Of a stretch of DNA of 64,000 bases, positions 1-9,363 are shown in pieces. The notes beneath the pieces were generated by a model, which saw nothing but the letters and a program-made list of their open reading frames with translations, had not been told where the DNA came from and did not search any database. The DNA is from an uncultured Prevotellaceae bacterium (GTDB lineage: Bacteria > Bacteroidota > Bacteroidia > Bacteroidales > Bacteroidaceae). The number at the start of each line of letters is the position of its first letter. The first letter of the stretch is position 1. Both the position numbers and the translations under genes were made by a program. Location: contig CAVYLQ010000009.1 in assembly GCA_963769405.1 (NCBI GenBank), positions 161,905 through 225,904 of the forward strand, read 5' to 3'.

Positions 1-725
1 CATTCTTATCTGGCGTAAACTTCACTCTTCTGTACACTTCCTTATTTAAAGGAAAAATAAAAAATCTAATCCATAATTCGGAATTCAAATTTTATCTTAC
101 AATAATACTTTCTTTTTCGGCCTTCATTGCATTCAAGTTGATCTTTCATAACCATTATGATTTAGAGCATGCCTTCAGAAAAGCAGCCTTTCAAGTAGTC
201 ACTTTTATGACAACGACAGGATTCTATAGTGACAACGCTGCGACATGGCCCCATGTCACGTGGGTCATTCTTGCAATAGGAATGTTCTTCGGAGCCAGTT
301 CGGGAAGCACGAGTGGAGGCCTAAAATGTATTCGTGGAGTCATGACCATGAAAGTCATCAAAAACGAATTTCTCCAAATTCTTCATCCGAATGCAGTCTT
401 GCCTCTAAAAGTAGACCGGATAAATATACCAGAACAAAAAAGGATTACACTATTAGCCTTTCTGGCCACTTATCTCATCCTCTGCCTCATCTCCTCTTCT
501 ATTCTTATCGCAATGGGAATAGACAACACCGACGCAATCACCATGACGTTAAGCAGTATAGGGAATGTTGGACCTGCACTCGGAACTGAGATTGGTCCAA
601 CTATGTCATGGAGTATACTTCCAGCGGCTGCAAAATGGCTGTGTGCCTTCCTGATGCTTATCGGACGTCTGGAGATTTTTACTGTGTTGATTATCTTCAC
701 GCCTGCTTTTTGGAAGAACAATTAA
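1..725 (+). CDS. trkH: TrkH/KtrB potassium uptake permease, C-terminal part (5' end outside window)
   Basis: Frame is open from base 3 (FLSGVNFTLLY...NSEFKFYL). Pore motifs TTTGF, GSTSGGLK, SIGNVGPALG and MLIGRLEIFT are present. Confidence 0.93.
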   Translation, partial: FLSGVNFTLLYTSLFKGKIKNLIHNSEFKFYLTIILSFSAFIAFKLIFHNHYDLEHAFRKAAFQVVTFMTTTGFYSDNAATWPHVTWVILAIGMFFGASSGSTSGGLKCIRGVMTMKVIKNEFLQILHPNAVLPLKVDRINIPEQKRITLLAFLATYLILCLISSSILIAMGIDNTDAITMTLSSIGNVGPALGTEIGPTMSWSILPAAAKWLCAFLMLIGRLEIFTVLIIFTPAFWKNN

Positions 726-880
726 GTCATCAATCCAAAAATAAAAGAACCTCAAGTCCGAAAATATAAAAACAAGTGAAGGTATTCTAATACCTATCGT
801 TACATACAGAAAAGATACCTTTATGTTTTATACTACGCTTTCACATAAGTTGTCTGGAACTTAACATTATTCACAATCAT

Positions 881-911
881 TTTGAAAAATCAAAAGATTA
901 TAATATCTTTG
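881..911 (+). promoter_or_regulatory. Bacteroidetes housekeeping promoter for manA
   Basis: TTTG (881-884), 19-nt spacer, TATCTTTG (904-911); matches TTTG-N19-21-TAnnTTTG. Confidence 0.75.
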
Positions 912-933
912 CAATTCACATAACTAAATCATT

Positions 934-1896
934 ATGAAGCCATTTAAATTTGAGCCATTGTTGAAATCAACTCTTTGGGGTGGTAACAAGATTATCCCGT
1001 TTAAGCATTTGAATATCCAACAGGAAAACGTGGGAGAAAGTTGGGAAATTTCAGGTGTACCGGGCAATCAGAGTATTGTTGCAGAAGGTCCTTACAAGGG
1101 GAAAACTCTTAAGGCCATCATCTCAGAACTTAAAGATTCACTTGTTGGTGTAGCAAACTATAAGCGTTTTGGTGAAGAATTCCCATTACTTATCAAATTC
1201 ATTGACGCCTACCAGCAACTTTCCATCCAAGTTCATCCTAATGATGAAATTGCCCACAAACTTGGCAAAGAACGGGGCAAGACAGAGATGTGGTATGCCA
1301 TGGACTCCGACAAAGATGCAAGTCTCATGTGTGGTTTGAAAACGCAGATCACCCCTGATCAGTATAAGGATATGGTAGCTGACGATACCATTACCGATGT
1401 CCTTGCCAGTTATTCCGTCAAGGAAGGAAATTGCTTCTTTATTCCGGCAGGTCGTATCCACAGTATAGGAAAAGGTTGCTTCTTAGTTGAAATACAACAG
1501 ACCAGTGACGTAACTTACCGTATTTACGACTTCAAGCGCAAGGATAAGAATGGCAACTATCGTCAGTTGCATACCAAAGAAGCCGCTTTGAGCATTGACT
1601 ATAATGTCAGTAAGAACTATCGCCAACAATATGTTCCACAAAAGAATCAAGGCGTCAGCTTGGTCAAATGTCCGTATTTCAACACAACAGTTTATGATTT
1701 GACTGAGCCCATGACTCTCGACTATAGTGAACTTGACAGTTTTGTCATCTTGATCGGCGTGAAAGGGAAAGCAAAGATGAGTGATAATGAAGGCAATGAA
1801 TTTGAACTCCAAACTGGAGAAACTCTCCTGATTCCAGCAACCACAAAACAGATACATATAACCGGAGACATAAAATTTCTGGAATCTTACGTATAA
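934..1896 (+). CDS. manA: Mannose-6-phosphate isomerase, class I
   Basis: 320 aa with LWGG, GESWEISG, PLLIKFIDA, LSIQVHP, GKTEMWY, FIPAGRIHSIG and EIQQTSDVTYR. Confidence 0.93.
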   Translation: MKPFKFEPLLKSTLWGGNKIIPFKHLNIQQENVGESWEISGVPGNQSIVAEGPYKGKTLKAIISELKDSLVGVANYKRFGEEFPLLIKFIDAYQQLSIQVHPNDEIAHKLGKERGKTEMWYAMDSDKDASLMCGLKTQITPDQYKDMVADDTITDVLASYSVKEGNCFFIPAGRIHSIGKGCFLVEIQQTSDVTYRIYDFKRKDKNGNYRQLHTKEAALSIDYNVSKNYRQQYVPQKNQGVSLVKCPYFNTTVYDLTEPMTLDYSELDSFVILIGVKGKAKMSDNEGNEFELQTGETLLIPATTKQIHITGDIKFLESYV

Positions 1897-1928
1897 ATCA
1901 CTTCCCAGGTCTCTGTTCCGATATAGTC

Positions 1929-1973
1929 ATATTGGTAAACGTCAAGGAATCATTGTTTGACGTTTACCAATAT
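1929..1973. terminator. Intrinsic terminator hairpin between convergent manA and DUF4435 gene
   Basis: Perfect 17-bp inverted repeat ATATTGGTAAACGTCAA / TTGACGTTTACCAATAT with an 11-nt loop, followed by TCTTTTC. Confidence 0.8.
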
Positions 1974-2025
1974 TCTTTTCTACCTAAAGGTATATTCAAA
2001 ACTTTCGGTCAGTATCATCAAACAC

Positions 2026-2064
2026 CTCTATGGTGCATATCGCCGAGCGCTATGCACCATAGAG
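2026..2064. repeat. REP-like hairpin with ATGGTGCAT core
   Basis: CTCTATGGTGCATA (2026-2039) / TATGCACCATAGAG (2051-2064), perfect 14-bp stem. Confidence 0.8.
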
Positions 2065-2110
2065 CACATGCACCATCCAGGTGATTAACTATCGAAAACG
2101 AAACTGACCA

Positions 2111-2199
2111 AAATGGTGCATTACGGGGTAGCGAAATGGTGCATTATGGGATACCGAAATGGTGCATTATGGTATACCGAAATGGTACATTTTGGTCAC
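2111..2199. repeat. 23-bp tandem repeat, about 3.9 copies
   Basis: AAATGGTGCATTACGGGGTAGCG / AAATGGTGCATTATGGGATACCG / AAATGGTGCATTATGGTATACCG / AAATGGTACATTTTGGTCAC. Confidence 0.92.
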
Positions 2200-2236
2200 A
2201 ATGGACGGTTTTAACTAAATTCAATAGATGACACTT

Positions 2237-3232
2237 TTATTTATTGGCAAGATAATTCTCTATGTCTTTCAGTAAATGCTGAAAAGGCTCAGAATACTGA
2301 TAAACCATATTCTTCTTCATCATTTGAGTCACATTCTCGATGCTATGCTTGTAACTTGACATTTCCGTAGTCTCCTGCATAGCATGGACAGACTGCTCCC
2401 GAATCTCTTCTTCCTGCTCCTGCTCCAATCTTTCAGAAACTTTCAAGACAACAGGGCATACCACCTTATCGAATAGATGGTGACCCTGAACAAACAAATA
2501 GACATTGTCTGATCGCACGCCAAGCCGGTTTAAATCCCTTATCAATGCTTCCTTGTGATCTTGAAACCGAGGATAATCTTTATTTAAATTTCGCAATTTA
2601 CGTTCTACTTTCCTGCGCATATCATTAATCATCTCTTCGGGGTGATTGATCCTAAAGTAACCCGGTTCGATGATTTTATTGAAATCAGTAATGGTAAAGT
2701 CGCTATAATGAGATCCTCTGTAAAACCAGATATTCCAAACGAATAATGGCCATACTGCCTGTGAATAATCATAGAGATATTTCTCGAAATCAAAGATATT
2801 ATGATCATTAAGAGTCACCATCACACACGCATCATGTAAACCGGGAGCATAACACTGATAATTCTCTATCGCATAAACGTATGTATGGAAAATATAAGGA
2901 TTTTCATTTATTAATTTCGAAGTCTCAGTAGCACCCTGGATAAGATAATCATAATCAGCATCCACACATGCAATCATATCACGTCCCACACCTGAAAGCA
3001 TACTGGATATAGCAGCCTTCTTCCCCCTTTCCAGATAACTGCCACGAATAGGAAGCATAATCTCGAAATAACGGGTATTATTTTCAAAACGTCCTAATAC
3101 CTGACGCCAAAAGAGCACATCATCATAACTCTCCACATAAACTACAATTTTTCTACGGTCATACTGAGATGTGAGCCGGTTAGCGGCTTCGAAATATCGA
3201 GAGTTAATATGGTCTTTTAATCTTGAAGACAT
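2237..3232 (-). CDS. DUF4435 / TOPRIM-like protein (AriB-like effector)
   Basis: IVVYVESYDDVLFW (TOPRIM Glu) and ACVDADYD (DxD), plus HTYVYAIENY. ATG at 3232 preferred to GTG at 3241. Lies directly downstream of the ATPase. Confidence 0.8.
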   Translation of the reverse strand: MSSRLKDHINSRYFEAANRLTSQYDRRKIVVYVESYDDVLFWRQVLGRFENNTRYFEIMLPIRGSYLERGKKAAISSMLSGVGRDMIACVDADYDYLIQGATETSKLINENPYIFHTYVYAIENYQCYAPGLHDACVMVTLNDHNIFDFEKYLYDYSQAVWPLFVWNIWFYRGSHYSDFTITDFNKIIEPGYFRINHPEEMINDMRRKVERKLRNLNKDYPRFQDHKEALIRDLNRLGVRSDNVYLFVQGHHLFDKVVCPVVLKVSERLEQEQEEEIREQSVHAMQETTEMSSYKHSIENVTQMMKKNMVYQYSEPFQHLLKDIENYLANK

Positions 3233-3243
3233 AAGCAACACAT

Positions 3244-4092
3244 TTACTTATCATCCGTTTTCTCAGGAGAGTGGGCTCCTACCGTAATATCAGTAACCTC
3301 AGTGACGTGGTCCATCCATCCATTCATAATCACAGCAGGACTGTGCGTAGTCATGATCAACTGAATATTTGGGTTCAATTTCAACACCAACTCTATTAAC
3401 TGTTTTTGCCATTCGAAATGCAAACTCACTTCTGGTTCATCCATAAAAAGAACGTATGGCTTCTGATCTTCTACAAGAACAGTCAATAAAATGCAAAGCA
3501 TCTGTTTTTCACCACTCGACAGCAGATATGGAACCAATGTTTCTTTCATTTGAGAGAAACGTATTTCATTTTCAGTGCGGATAATCTTCTTTCCGGTCGA
3601 AGCAAAAAGTTGATCTATCATATCTTGAAATATCTTCTTGGGCTCTGCAATCTTCTCTGCCTTTTCAGTTGATTTCGGATTACCACTCTGCAAGACTTGT
3701 ATAATTCGATTCCCCATATTGACCTGATAGTCCAGATATTTTCTCTGCAGATTATAAATTTGCAAATCCATATCTGTCCCCATAGGAAGGTTCAGTTGTG
3801 AAGTCAATTCTGAATTGACCAAAGGACGCTCAAAAGAACGAATGGTATCATAACGAATCCATTTCGCGTCTTCCGGATACACTTTAAGATGAACTCCTTT
3901 TAAAAGATGGCTGGGGAACTCCCCTCCCTGAGCCAGACCTTTGACAACCTTATTGAGTATGGTCGTTTTACCAACACCATTAATACCACTCAGGACATTC
4001 ACTTTACGGTCAAGATCCCAAATGATATGCTTGACACCACTCCAAAGAGAATCGATTTCAATTCTTTTAATATAATCAGCATACTTCTGCAT
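3244..4092 (-). CDS. ABC-type AAA ATPase (AAA_21/AAA_15-like, AriA-like)
   Basis: Walker A SGINGVGKTT, signature LSSGEKQ, Walker B/D-loop LFMDEPEVSLH, H-loop TTHSP; no TM segments. Confidence 0.88.
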   Translation of the reverse strand: MQKYADYIKRIEIDSLWSGVKHIIWDLDRKVNVLSGINGVGKTTILNKVVKGLAQGGEFPSHLLKGVHLKVYPEDAKWIRYDTIRSFERPLVNSELTSQLNLPMGTDMDLQIYNLQRKYLDYQVNMGNRIIQVLQSGNPKSTEKAEKIAEPKKIFQDMIDQLFASTGKKIIRTENEIRFSQMKETLVPYLLSSGEKQMLCILLTVLVEDQKPYVLFMDEPEVSLHFEWQKQLIELVLKLNPNIQLIMTTHSPAVIMNGWMDHVTEVTDITVGAHSPEKTDDK

Positions 4093-4384
4093 AATCTAAA
4101 AGTTTTTCACGTCCTCGCGCACTTAGTTTTAGATGACAAATATAAGAAAAAGAAACTGAAATCAAAAAGAGTTCGGAATTTATTATTAACTTTGTGAATC
4201 ATTTAAAGGGAATTTAAGGTAATGTATATAATATATACCGTTCTACTAAAAAGATCAAAAGATCGATATGGATATGAGAGAACAATGATGTGCAATAACT
4301 GTAAAAAGACATTATCAAGATGACATTTATCAGAACATTTCGTTTTATATTAACAGATTACTTTATAAAATGAAAAAATAAAAC

Positions 4385-5326
4385 ATGTTACACATCAACA
4401 AACCTCTTCAAGCACACCTGAGCATCTTTAGTGCAGAAATATTCTGGGGCTTAATGGCTCCAATCGGAAAAGAAGCCATGACTCATGGCATTGACGGCAT
4501 TGACCTTGTGACATTCAGAGTCCTTGGAGGAGTTATTTTGTTCTGGATTAGTTCTTTATTCGCTCCAAAAGAGAAAGTACCATTGAAAGACAAACTGAAA
4601 TTTATCGGTGCAGCTGTTTTTGGTCTGATATGCAACCAGTTCTGCTATAATATCGGTCTGAGCATCACCTCCCCCAATAATGCAAGCATCATGACAACGA
4701 CTATGCCGATCTTCGCGATGGTCTTATCCTTCCTTATTCTGAAAGAACCTATGACCTTAAAAAAGATTTCAGGAGTATTCATCGGTTGCATAGGTGCACT
4801 GATATTGATTTTGACAAGTGTATCAGCAAATAATGCGAAGGTTGGAAATATTCGCGGTGATTTGCTTTGTCTGACAGCCCAATGCTCCTTTGCCCTTTAT
4901 CTTACTCTTTACAGCCCGTTGGTAAAAAAATATTCCGTCTTTACAACTAATAAATGGATGTTTCTATGGGCGGCCATCATGATTCTCCCCTTCTCCGGAC
5001 ATCATGTCATCACAACTATTGACTGGGCAAATGTCCCGGCAATAACCTTATGGGAGACAGGATATGTAGTAGTTATCGGAACTTATGCCTGTTATTTACT
5101 GACCATGATTGCCCAGCAAACCCTTCGTCCTACTGTAGTATCAATCTACAACTATGTCCAACCTATCGTTGCGGTTACCATCAGTGTCCTCATGGGAATA
5201 GGAGTATTCAAGTGGAGCCAAGGATTAGCCATAATCTGTGTGTTTTTCGGAGTCTGGCTGGTTACGCACTCTAAGTCAAAAAGAGAATTAACGGTCCCTG
5301 AAGACACCTTTATTCATAGACATTAA
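4385..5326 (+). CDS. DMT/EamA family transporter
   Basis: 313 aa, about 10 hydrophobic segments in two EamA-like halves (LSFLILKEP; GDLLCLTAQCSFALYL). Confidence 0.88.
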   Translation: MLHINKPLQAHLSIFSAEIFWGLMAPIGKEAMTHGIDGIDLVTFRVLGGVILFWISSLFAPKEKVPLKDKLKFIGAAVFGLICNQFCYNIGLSITSPNNASIMTTTMPIFAMVLSFLILKEPMTLKKISGVFIGCIGALILILTSVSANNAKVGNIRGDLLCLTAQCSFALYLTLYSPLVKKYSVFTTNKWMFLWAAIMILPFSGHHVITTIDWANVPAITLWETGYVVVIGTYACYLLTMIAQQTLRPTVVSIYNYVQPIVAVTISVLMGIGVFKWSQGLAIICVFFGVWLVTHSKSKRELTVPEDTFIHRH

Positions 5327-5515
5327 CTGCAAAATGAAGATATCCTTCTCAATCAACAGAAAAATACCATAGTTGTGGTATAAAGAATGCCTTAACTATG
5401 TGATTACCGGAGAATATTTTTTCATGTAACTTTGTAACGACAAAACAAGAAGGGATATAAGATAAAAAAACTTTTCATGCCTTTAAAATTTAACATATAA
5501 AAGAGGATAAAATTT

Positions 5516-6811
5516 ATGAGCAACAAAAAGAAACTTCATTTCGAGACTTTACAAGTTCATGTAGGACAAGAACACGCTGACCCGGCAACAGATTCCCGTG
5601 CCGTACCTATTTATCAGACTACTTCTTATGTATTTAAGAATTCCAAACATGCTGCTGACCGATTCGGACTCCGTGATCCGGGTAACATCTACGGTCGTCT
5701 GACCAATTCTACCCAGGCTGTATTTGAGGACCGCATATCTGCACTCGAGGGAGGTGTAGGAGGCTTGGCCGTTGCGTCCGGTGCAGCAGCCGTCACTTAT
5801 GCCATCACTAATCTTGCCTTTGCCGGTGATCATGTAGTAGCCAGCAAGACCATCTATGGTGGTTCTTATAACTTATTAAAACATACGCTCTCAAGATATG
5901 GTATCTCCACAACCTTTGTAGATTCAGATGATTTAGATGCCTTCGAGAAAGCCATTCAGCCGAACACAAAACTGGTTTATATTGAGACCTTAGGCAACCC
6001 GAACTCAAATATTACTGATATTGAGGGCACAGCCGCAATTGCTCATCGTCACGGCATTCCTCTGGTTATCGACAACACCTTCGGAACACCTTATTTAATC
6101 CGCCCTATAGAACATGGAGCTGATATTGTAGTACATTCAGCTACTAAATTTATCGGTGGTCATGGCAGCACTTTAGGTGGCGTCATTGTAGATGGCGGAA
6201 CATTTGACTGGATGCACAGCGACAAGTTTCCAGGTTTTACACAGCCAGACGCATCCTATCATGGTATGAAGTTTGGAGAACTCCCTGCTCCTTTCGTTAC
6301 TCGTGTACGTGCCTTGATCCTTCGTGATGAGGGTGCAACGATTGCTCCTATCGCTGCATGGATTCTATTACAAGGCTTGGAGACATTAAGCCTGCGTGTT
6401 GAACGGGAAGTCTACAACACGAAAAAGATCATAGAATACTTACAGACACAACCTCAAGTGAAGAAAATCAATCACCCTTCCCTGCCTGATCATCCAAATC
6501 ATGACCTTTATGAAAAATACTTTCCGAATGGAGCCGGCAGTATCTTCACCTTTGAAATAGACGGCTCTCAAAAGAAAGCAATGGATTGGATTGACCATCT
6601 GAAAATTTTCTCTCTGTTAGCGAATGTAGCTGATGTGAAATCATTGGTGATTCATCCGGCATCTACTACCCACTCAGAATTAAGTCCTGAAGAAGCCGCT
6701 GACCAGGGAATCTATCCGAACACCATCCGCTTAAGTATTGGCACGGAACACTATCTTGATCTTATTGACGACCTGGACCAAGCCTTCAAAGCCGTAGAAA
6801 ATGAGAAATAA
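5516..6811 (+). CDS. metY: O-acetylhomoserine sulfhydrylase (MetY/MET17 family)
   Basis: AVPIYQTTSY, IYGRLTNST, PLVIDNTF, PLP-lysine motif HSATKFIGGHG, SLLANVADVKSLVIHPASTTH. Confidence 0.93.
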   Translation: MSNKKKLHFETLQVHVGQEHADPATDSRAVPIYQTTSYVFKNSKHAADRFGLRDPGNIYGRLTNSTQAVFEDRISALEGGVGGLAVASGAAAVTYAITNLAFAGDHVVASKTIYGGSYNLLKHTLSRYGISTTFVDSDDLDAFEKAIQPNTKLVYIETLGNPNSNITDIEGTAAIAHRHGIPLVIDNTFGTPYLIRPIEHGADIVVHSATKFIGGHGSTLGGVIVDGGTFDWMHSDKFPGFTQPDASYHGMKFGELPAPFVTRVRALILRDEGATIAPIAAWILLQGLETLSLRVEREVYNTKKIIEYLQTQPQVKKINHPSLPDHPNHDLYEKYFPNGAGSIFTFEIDGSQKKAMDWIDHLKIFSLLANVADVKSLVIHPASTTHSELSPEEAADQGIYPNTIRLSIGTEHYLDLIDDLDQAFKAVENEK

Positions 6812-6926
6812 TCACCCTTTCATCCTATAAGTAATTTTGGAAACGATAATATAGCAAAGGATAAAAAGAATGCCCGATAGGAGATTATTGTTATCCTTTG
6901 TATAATAAACAATTAAAAAAGACAAA

Positions 6927-7874
6927 ATGACAAAAATTGCAAAGAACATAACAGAACTGATCGGCCATACACCTCTGATAGAGTTAACAAAATACTCTGC
7001 TTTCAAAGGTTTGAAGAAACCGGTTATCGCCAAGATTGAATCATTTAACCCTGGTGGAAGTGCAAAAGACCGCATAGCTCTTGCGATGGTCGAAGATGCT
7101 GAAAAGAAAGGCGAGCTCAAACCAGGAGCCACAATTATTGAACCGACAAGTGGAAATACTGGAGTAGGCCTCGCTTTGGTTGCTGCCGTAAAAGGTTACA
7201 AACTGATCTTGACCATGCCGGAAACAATGAGCATCGAACGCAGGAATCTTGTAAAAGCATACGGGGCTCAAGTCAAATTGACAAGTGGTCAAGACGGAAT
7301 GCCTGGTGCGATTAAAGCTGCTGACAAACTCCGGGATTCGATTCCCGGGTCTGTCATTCTGGGACAATTCGATAATCCTGCCAATCCAGAGGTTCACTAC
7401 AAGACTACCGGACAGGAAATCTGGGAAGATACAGATGGAAAAGTTGACATATTCATAGCCGGCGTAGGTACGGGAGGTACTATCTCCGGTGTTGCGAAAG
7501 CATTGAAGGAGAAAAATCCAAAAGTAAAAGTCATCGCTGTCGAACCTGCAACATCACCGGTTCTAAATGGTGGTAAAAGTGGACCTCATAAGATTCAAGG
7601 TATCGGAGCAGGATTCATTCCAAAGACATACGATGCTTCTCTCATTGATGAAGTTGTTGACATTGATAATGATGCGGCCATTCTTGCAGGACGTCAACTG
7701 GCACAGCAAGAAGGACTCTTAGTCGGTATTTCTTCCGGTGCAGCAGCATTTGCAGCCACTGAGATTGCAAAGCGTCCGGAAAATGCAGGCAAGACTATTG
7801 TCACTCTGCTTCCGGATACCGGAGAACGTTACCTGTCGACGGTGCTCTATGCATTCGACGAGTATCCTCTCTAA
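6927..7874 (+). CDS. cysK: Cysteine synthase A
   Basis: NPGGSAKDRIA, EPTSGNTG, AGVGTGGT, GPHKIQGIGAGF, GISSGAA, PDTGERYLS. Confidence 0.96.
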   Translation: MTKIAKNITELIGHTPLIELTKYSAFKGLKKPVIAKIESFNPGGSAKDRIALAMVEDAEKKGELKPGATIIEPTSGNTGVGLALVAAVKGYKLILTMPETMSIERRNLVKAYGAQVKLTSGQDGMPGAIKAADKLRDSIPGSVILGQFDNPANPEVHYKTTGQEIWEDTDGKVDIFIAGVGTGGTISGVAKALKEKNPKVKVIAVEPATSPVLNGGKSGPHKIQGIGAGFIPKTYDASLIDEVVDIDNDAAILAGRQLAQQEGLLVGISSGAAAFAATEIAKRPENAGKTIVTLLPDTGERYLSTVLYAFDEYPL

Positions 7875-7910
7875 TGAAGTGAATCGATAAGCATTAACTC
7901 AAATCAATTT

Positions 7911-7957
7911 AAAAAAGAAGGCAAACTCCCAGTTTGGTAAGTTTGTCTTCTTTTTTT
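7911..7957. terminator. Bidirectional terminator between cysK and rmuC
   Basis: AAAAAAGAAGGCAAACT ... AGTTTGTCTTCTTTTTTT with A/T tracts on both sides. Confidence 0.75.
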
Positions 7958-7995
7958 AGAGTCTTAACAACTGCCTTCTCTAAATTCCTTTCCTT

Positions 7996-9345
7996 CTATT
8001 TTTTCTCCAACAGATTATCTTTCGGACTATCTTTTAATTCAGGTATAGGTCTGTTCGGATTTTCCTTTGCTCCTAAATCAACAAGTTCTCTGGCTTTCTT
8101 CACTACACTCTGCTGACCGGAAATCAATTTATTATCAGCTGAATCATACGCTTCTTGAGACTTTTTAATCAACTCCCCAAGTTTATTATAACGCTGAAAG
8201 AAATCACCAAGTCGGTCCAGAAGCGTCTCAGCAAGTCCGAAAACTTTCTGCTGATTCTCTGCCTGTGTATTCTGAACCCAGGCAACCCGGATCATGTGAA
8301 GGATGGCCGTAAGATTCTGTTCACTTGTCATAAACACCTTCTTTTGGAAAGCCTCATCCCAAAGATGAGGTTCATTGACTAAAGCCAACTGCAAAGAGGC
8401 TTCCACCGGCATAAACATAATCACGAAATCAACAGCTTCACGCGGTGTTTTCACATATTTGCTATAATCCTTACGTGCCAATTCATTGACATGTTTACGT
8501 ACACTATCCACGTGTTCCTTCATGTACAAGTCTTTCTCTTCCGGAGTCGAAGCATTGACGTATTTTTCAAAAGCAACCAGGGAAACCTTGGAATCGATAA
8601 TCGCATCTTCTCCATGAGGATAATGCAGGATGACATCCGGAATCATCTGAGCACCAGTACTATCATTACGAATCGTATTTCCATTGGCATCACGAAGATG
8701 AGTCTGTACGTCATACTCCTTCCCTTCTACCAATCCCTGACTGTCCAGAAGATCCCCAAGGATTACTTCCCCCCAGTTACCTGCCACTTTATTATCACGA
8801 CGCAACACATTCACCAGAGAATCTGCTTTATCTCCTATCTCTTGATTACTTTTCCTCATCTGGTCAATTATCTCACGAAGACTTGCTTGACCTTCAGCAG
8901 TTTTTATAGAAGTATCATTCAAGGCTTTACGCATATCAGAGATTGCAGTCTGCAATGGAGCTGTAATATGTCCGACATGTTCCATATTCGCCTCTTTCAA
9001 TGCCTTGGAATTTTCTTCCAGCACCTTTCGGGCTGCAATATCCATTCCTTGTTTGGCTGACTCCAATTGCTCAGAGAACTGCTTCTCTTGCTGTTCCCTC
9101 AAATCAGAAAACTGTTTCTGGAACAATGTTCTTTGGTCCTGCAGTTGTTTTTCATACATGGACTTCAACTCTTCCCGTTGATTGCGGGCATTTTCCGTAT
9201 CCACAGTCCTTTGCTGCTGAAGGATTTTCAACTGAGTATGTGTCCTCTCGACTTCCATTTTGATTTCGGACTGAGAGCGATTGGCTATGAAATAACCTGT
9301 AACACTCCCTAATATAAAGCCAATAATTACCAAGATAATTTCCAT
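7996..9345 (-). CDS. rmuC: DNA recombination protein RmuC
   Basis: N-terminal TM and coiled coil, then GNWGEVIL, IPDVILHYP, IIDSKVSL and FVIMFMPVE. Confidence 0.92.
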   Translation of the reverse strand: MEIILVIIGFILGSVTGYFIANRSQSEIKMEVERTHTQLKILQQQRTVDTENARNQREELKSMYEKQLQDQRTLFQKQFSDLREQQEKQFSEQLESAKQGMDIAARKVLEENSKALKEANMEHVGHITAPLQTAISDMRKALNDTSIKTAEGQASLREIIDQMRKSNQEIGDKADSLVNVLRRDNKVAGNWGEVILGDLLDSQGLVEGKEYDVQTHLRDANGNTIRNDSTGAQMIPDVILHYPHGEDAIIDSKVSLVAFEKYVNASTPEEKDLYMKEHVDSVRKHVNELARKDYSKYVKTPREAVDFVIMFMPVEASLQLALVNEPHLWDEAFQKKVFMTSEQNLTAILHMIRVAWVQNTQAENQQKVFGLAETLLDRLGDFFQRYNKLGELIKKSQEAYDSADNKLISGQQSVVKKARELVDLGAKENPNRPIPELKDSPKDNLLEKK

Positions 9346-9363
9346 AATCTCAAATCAAGGATA

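Noticed and set aside
2111-2199. 23-bp repeats as a CRISPR array
   Set aside because: Units are head-to-tail with no unique spacers, and no cas genes are in the window.
5330-5515. SAM or other riboswitch upstream of metY
   Set aside because: The leader after the TAACTTTG box is short and AT-rich, with no recognisable aptamer or terminator.
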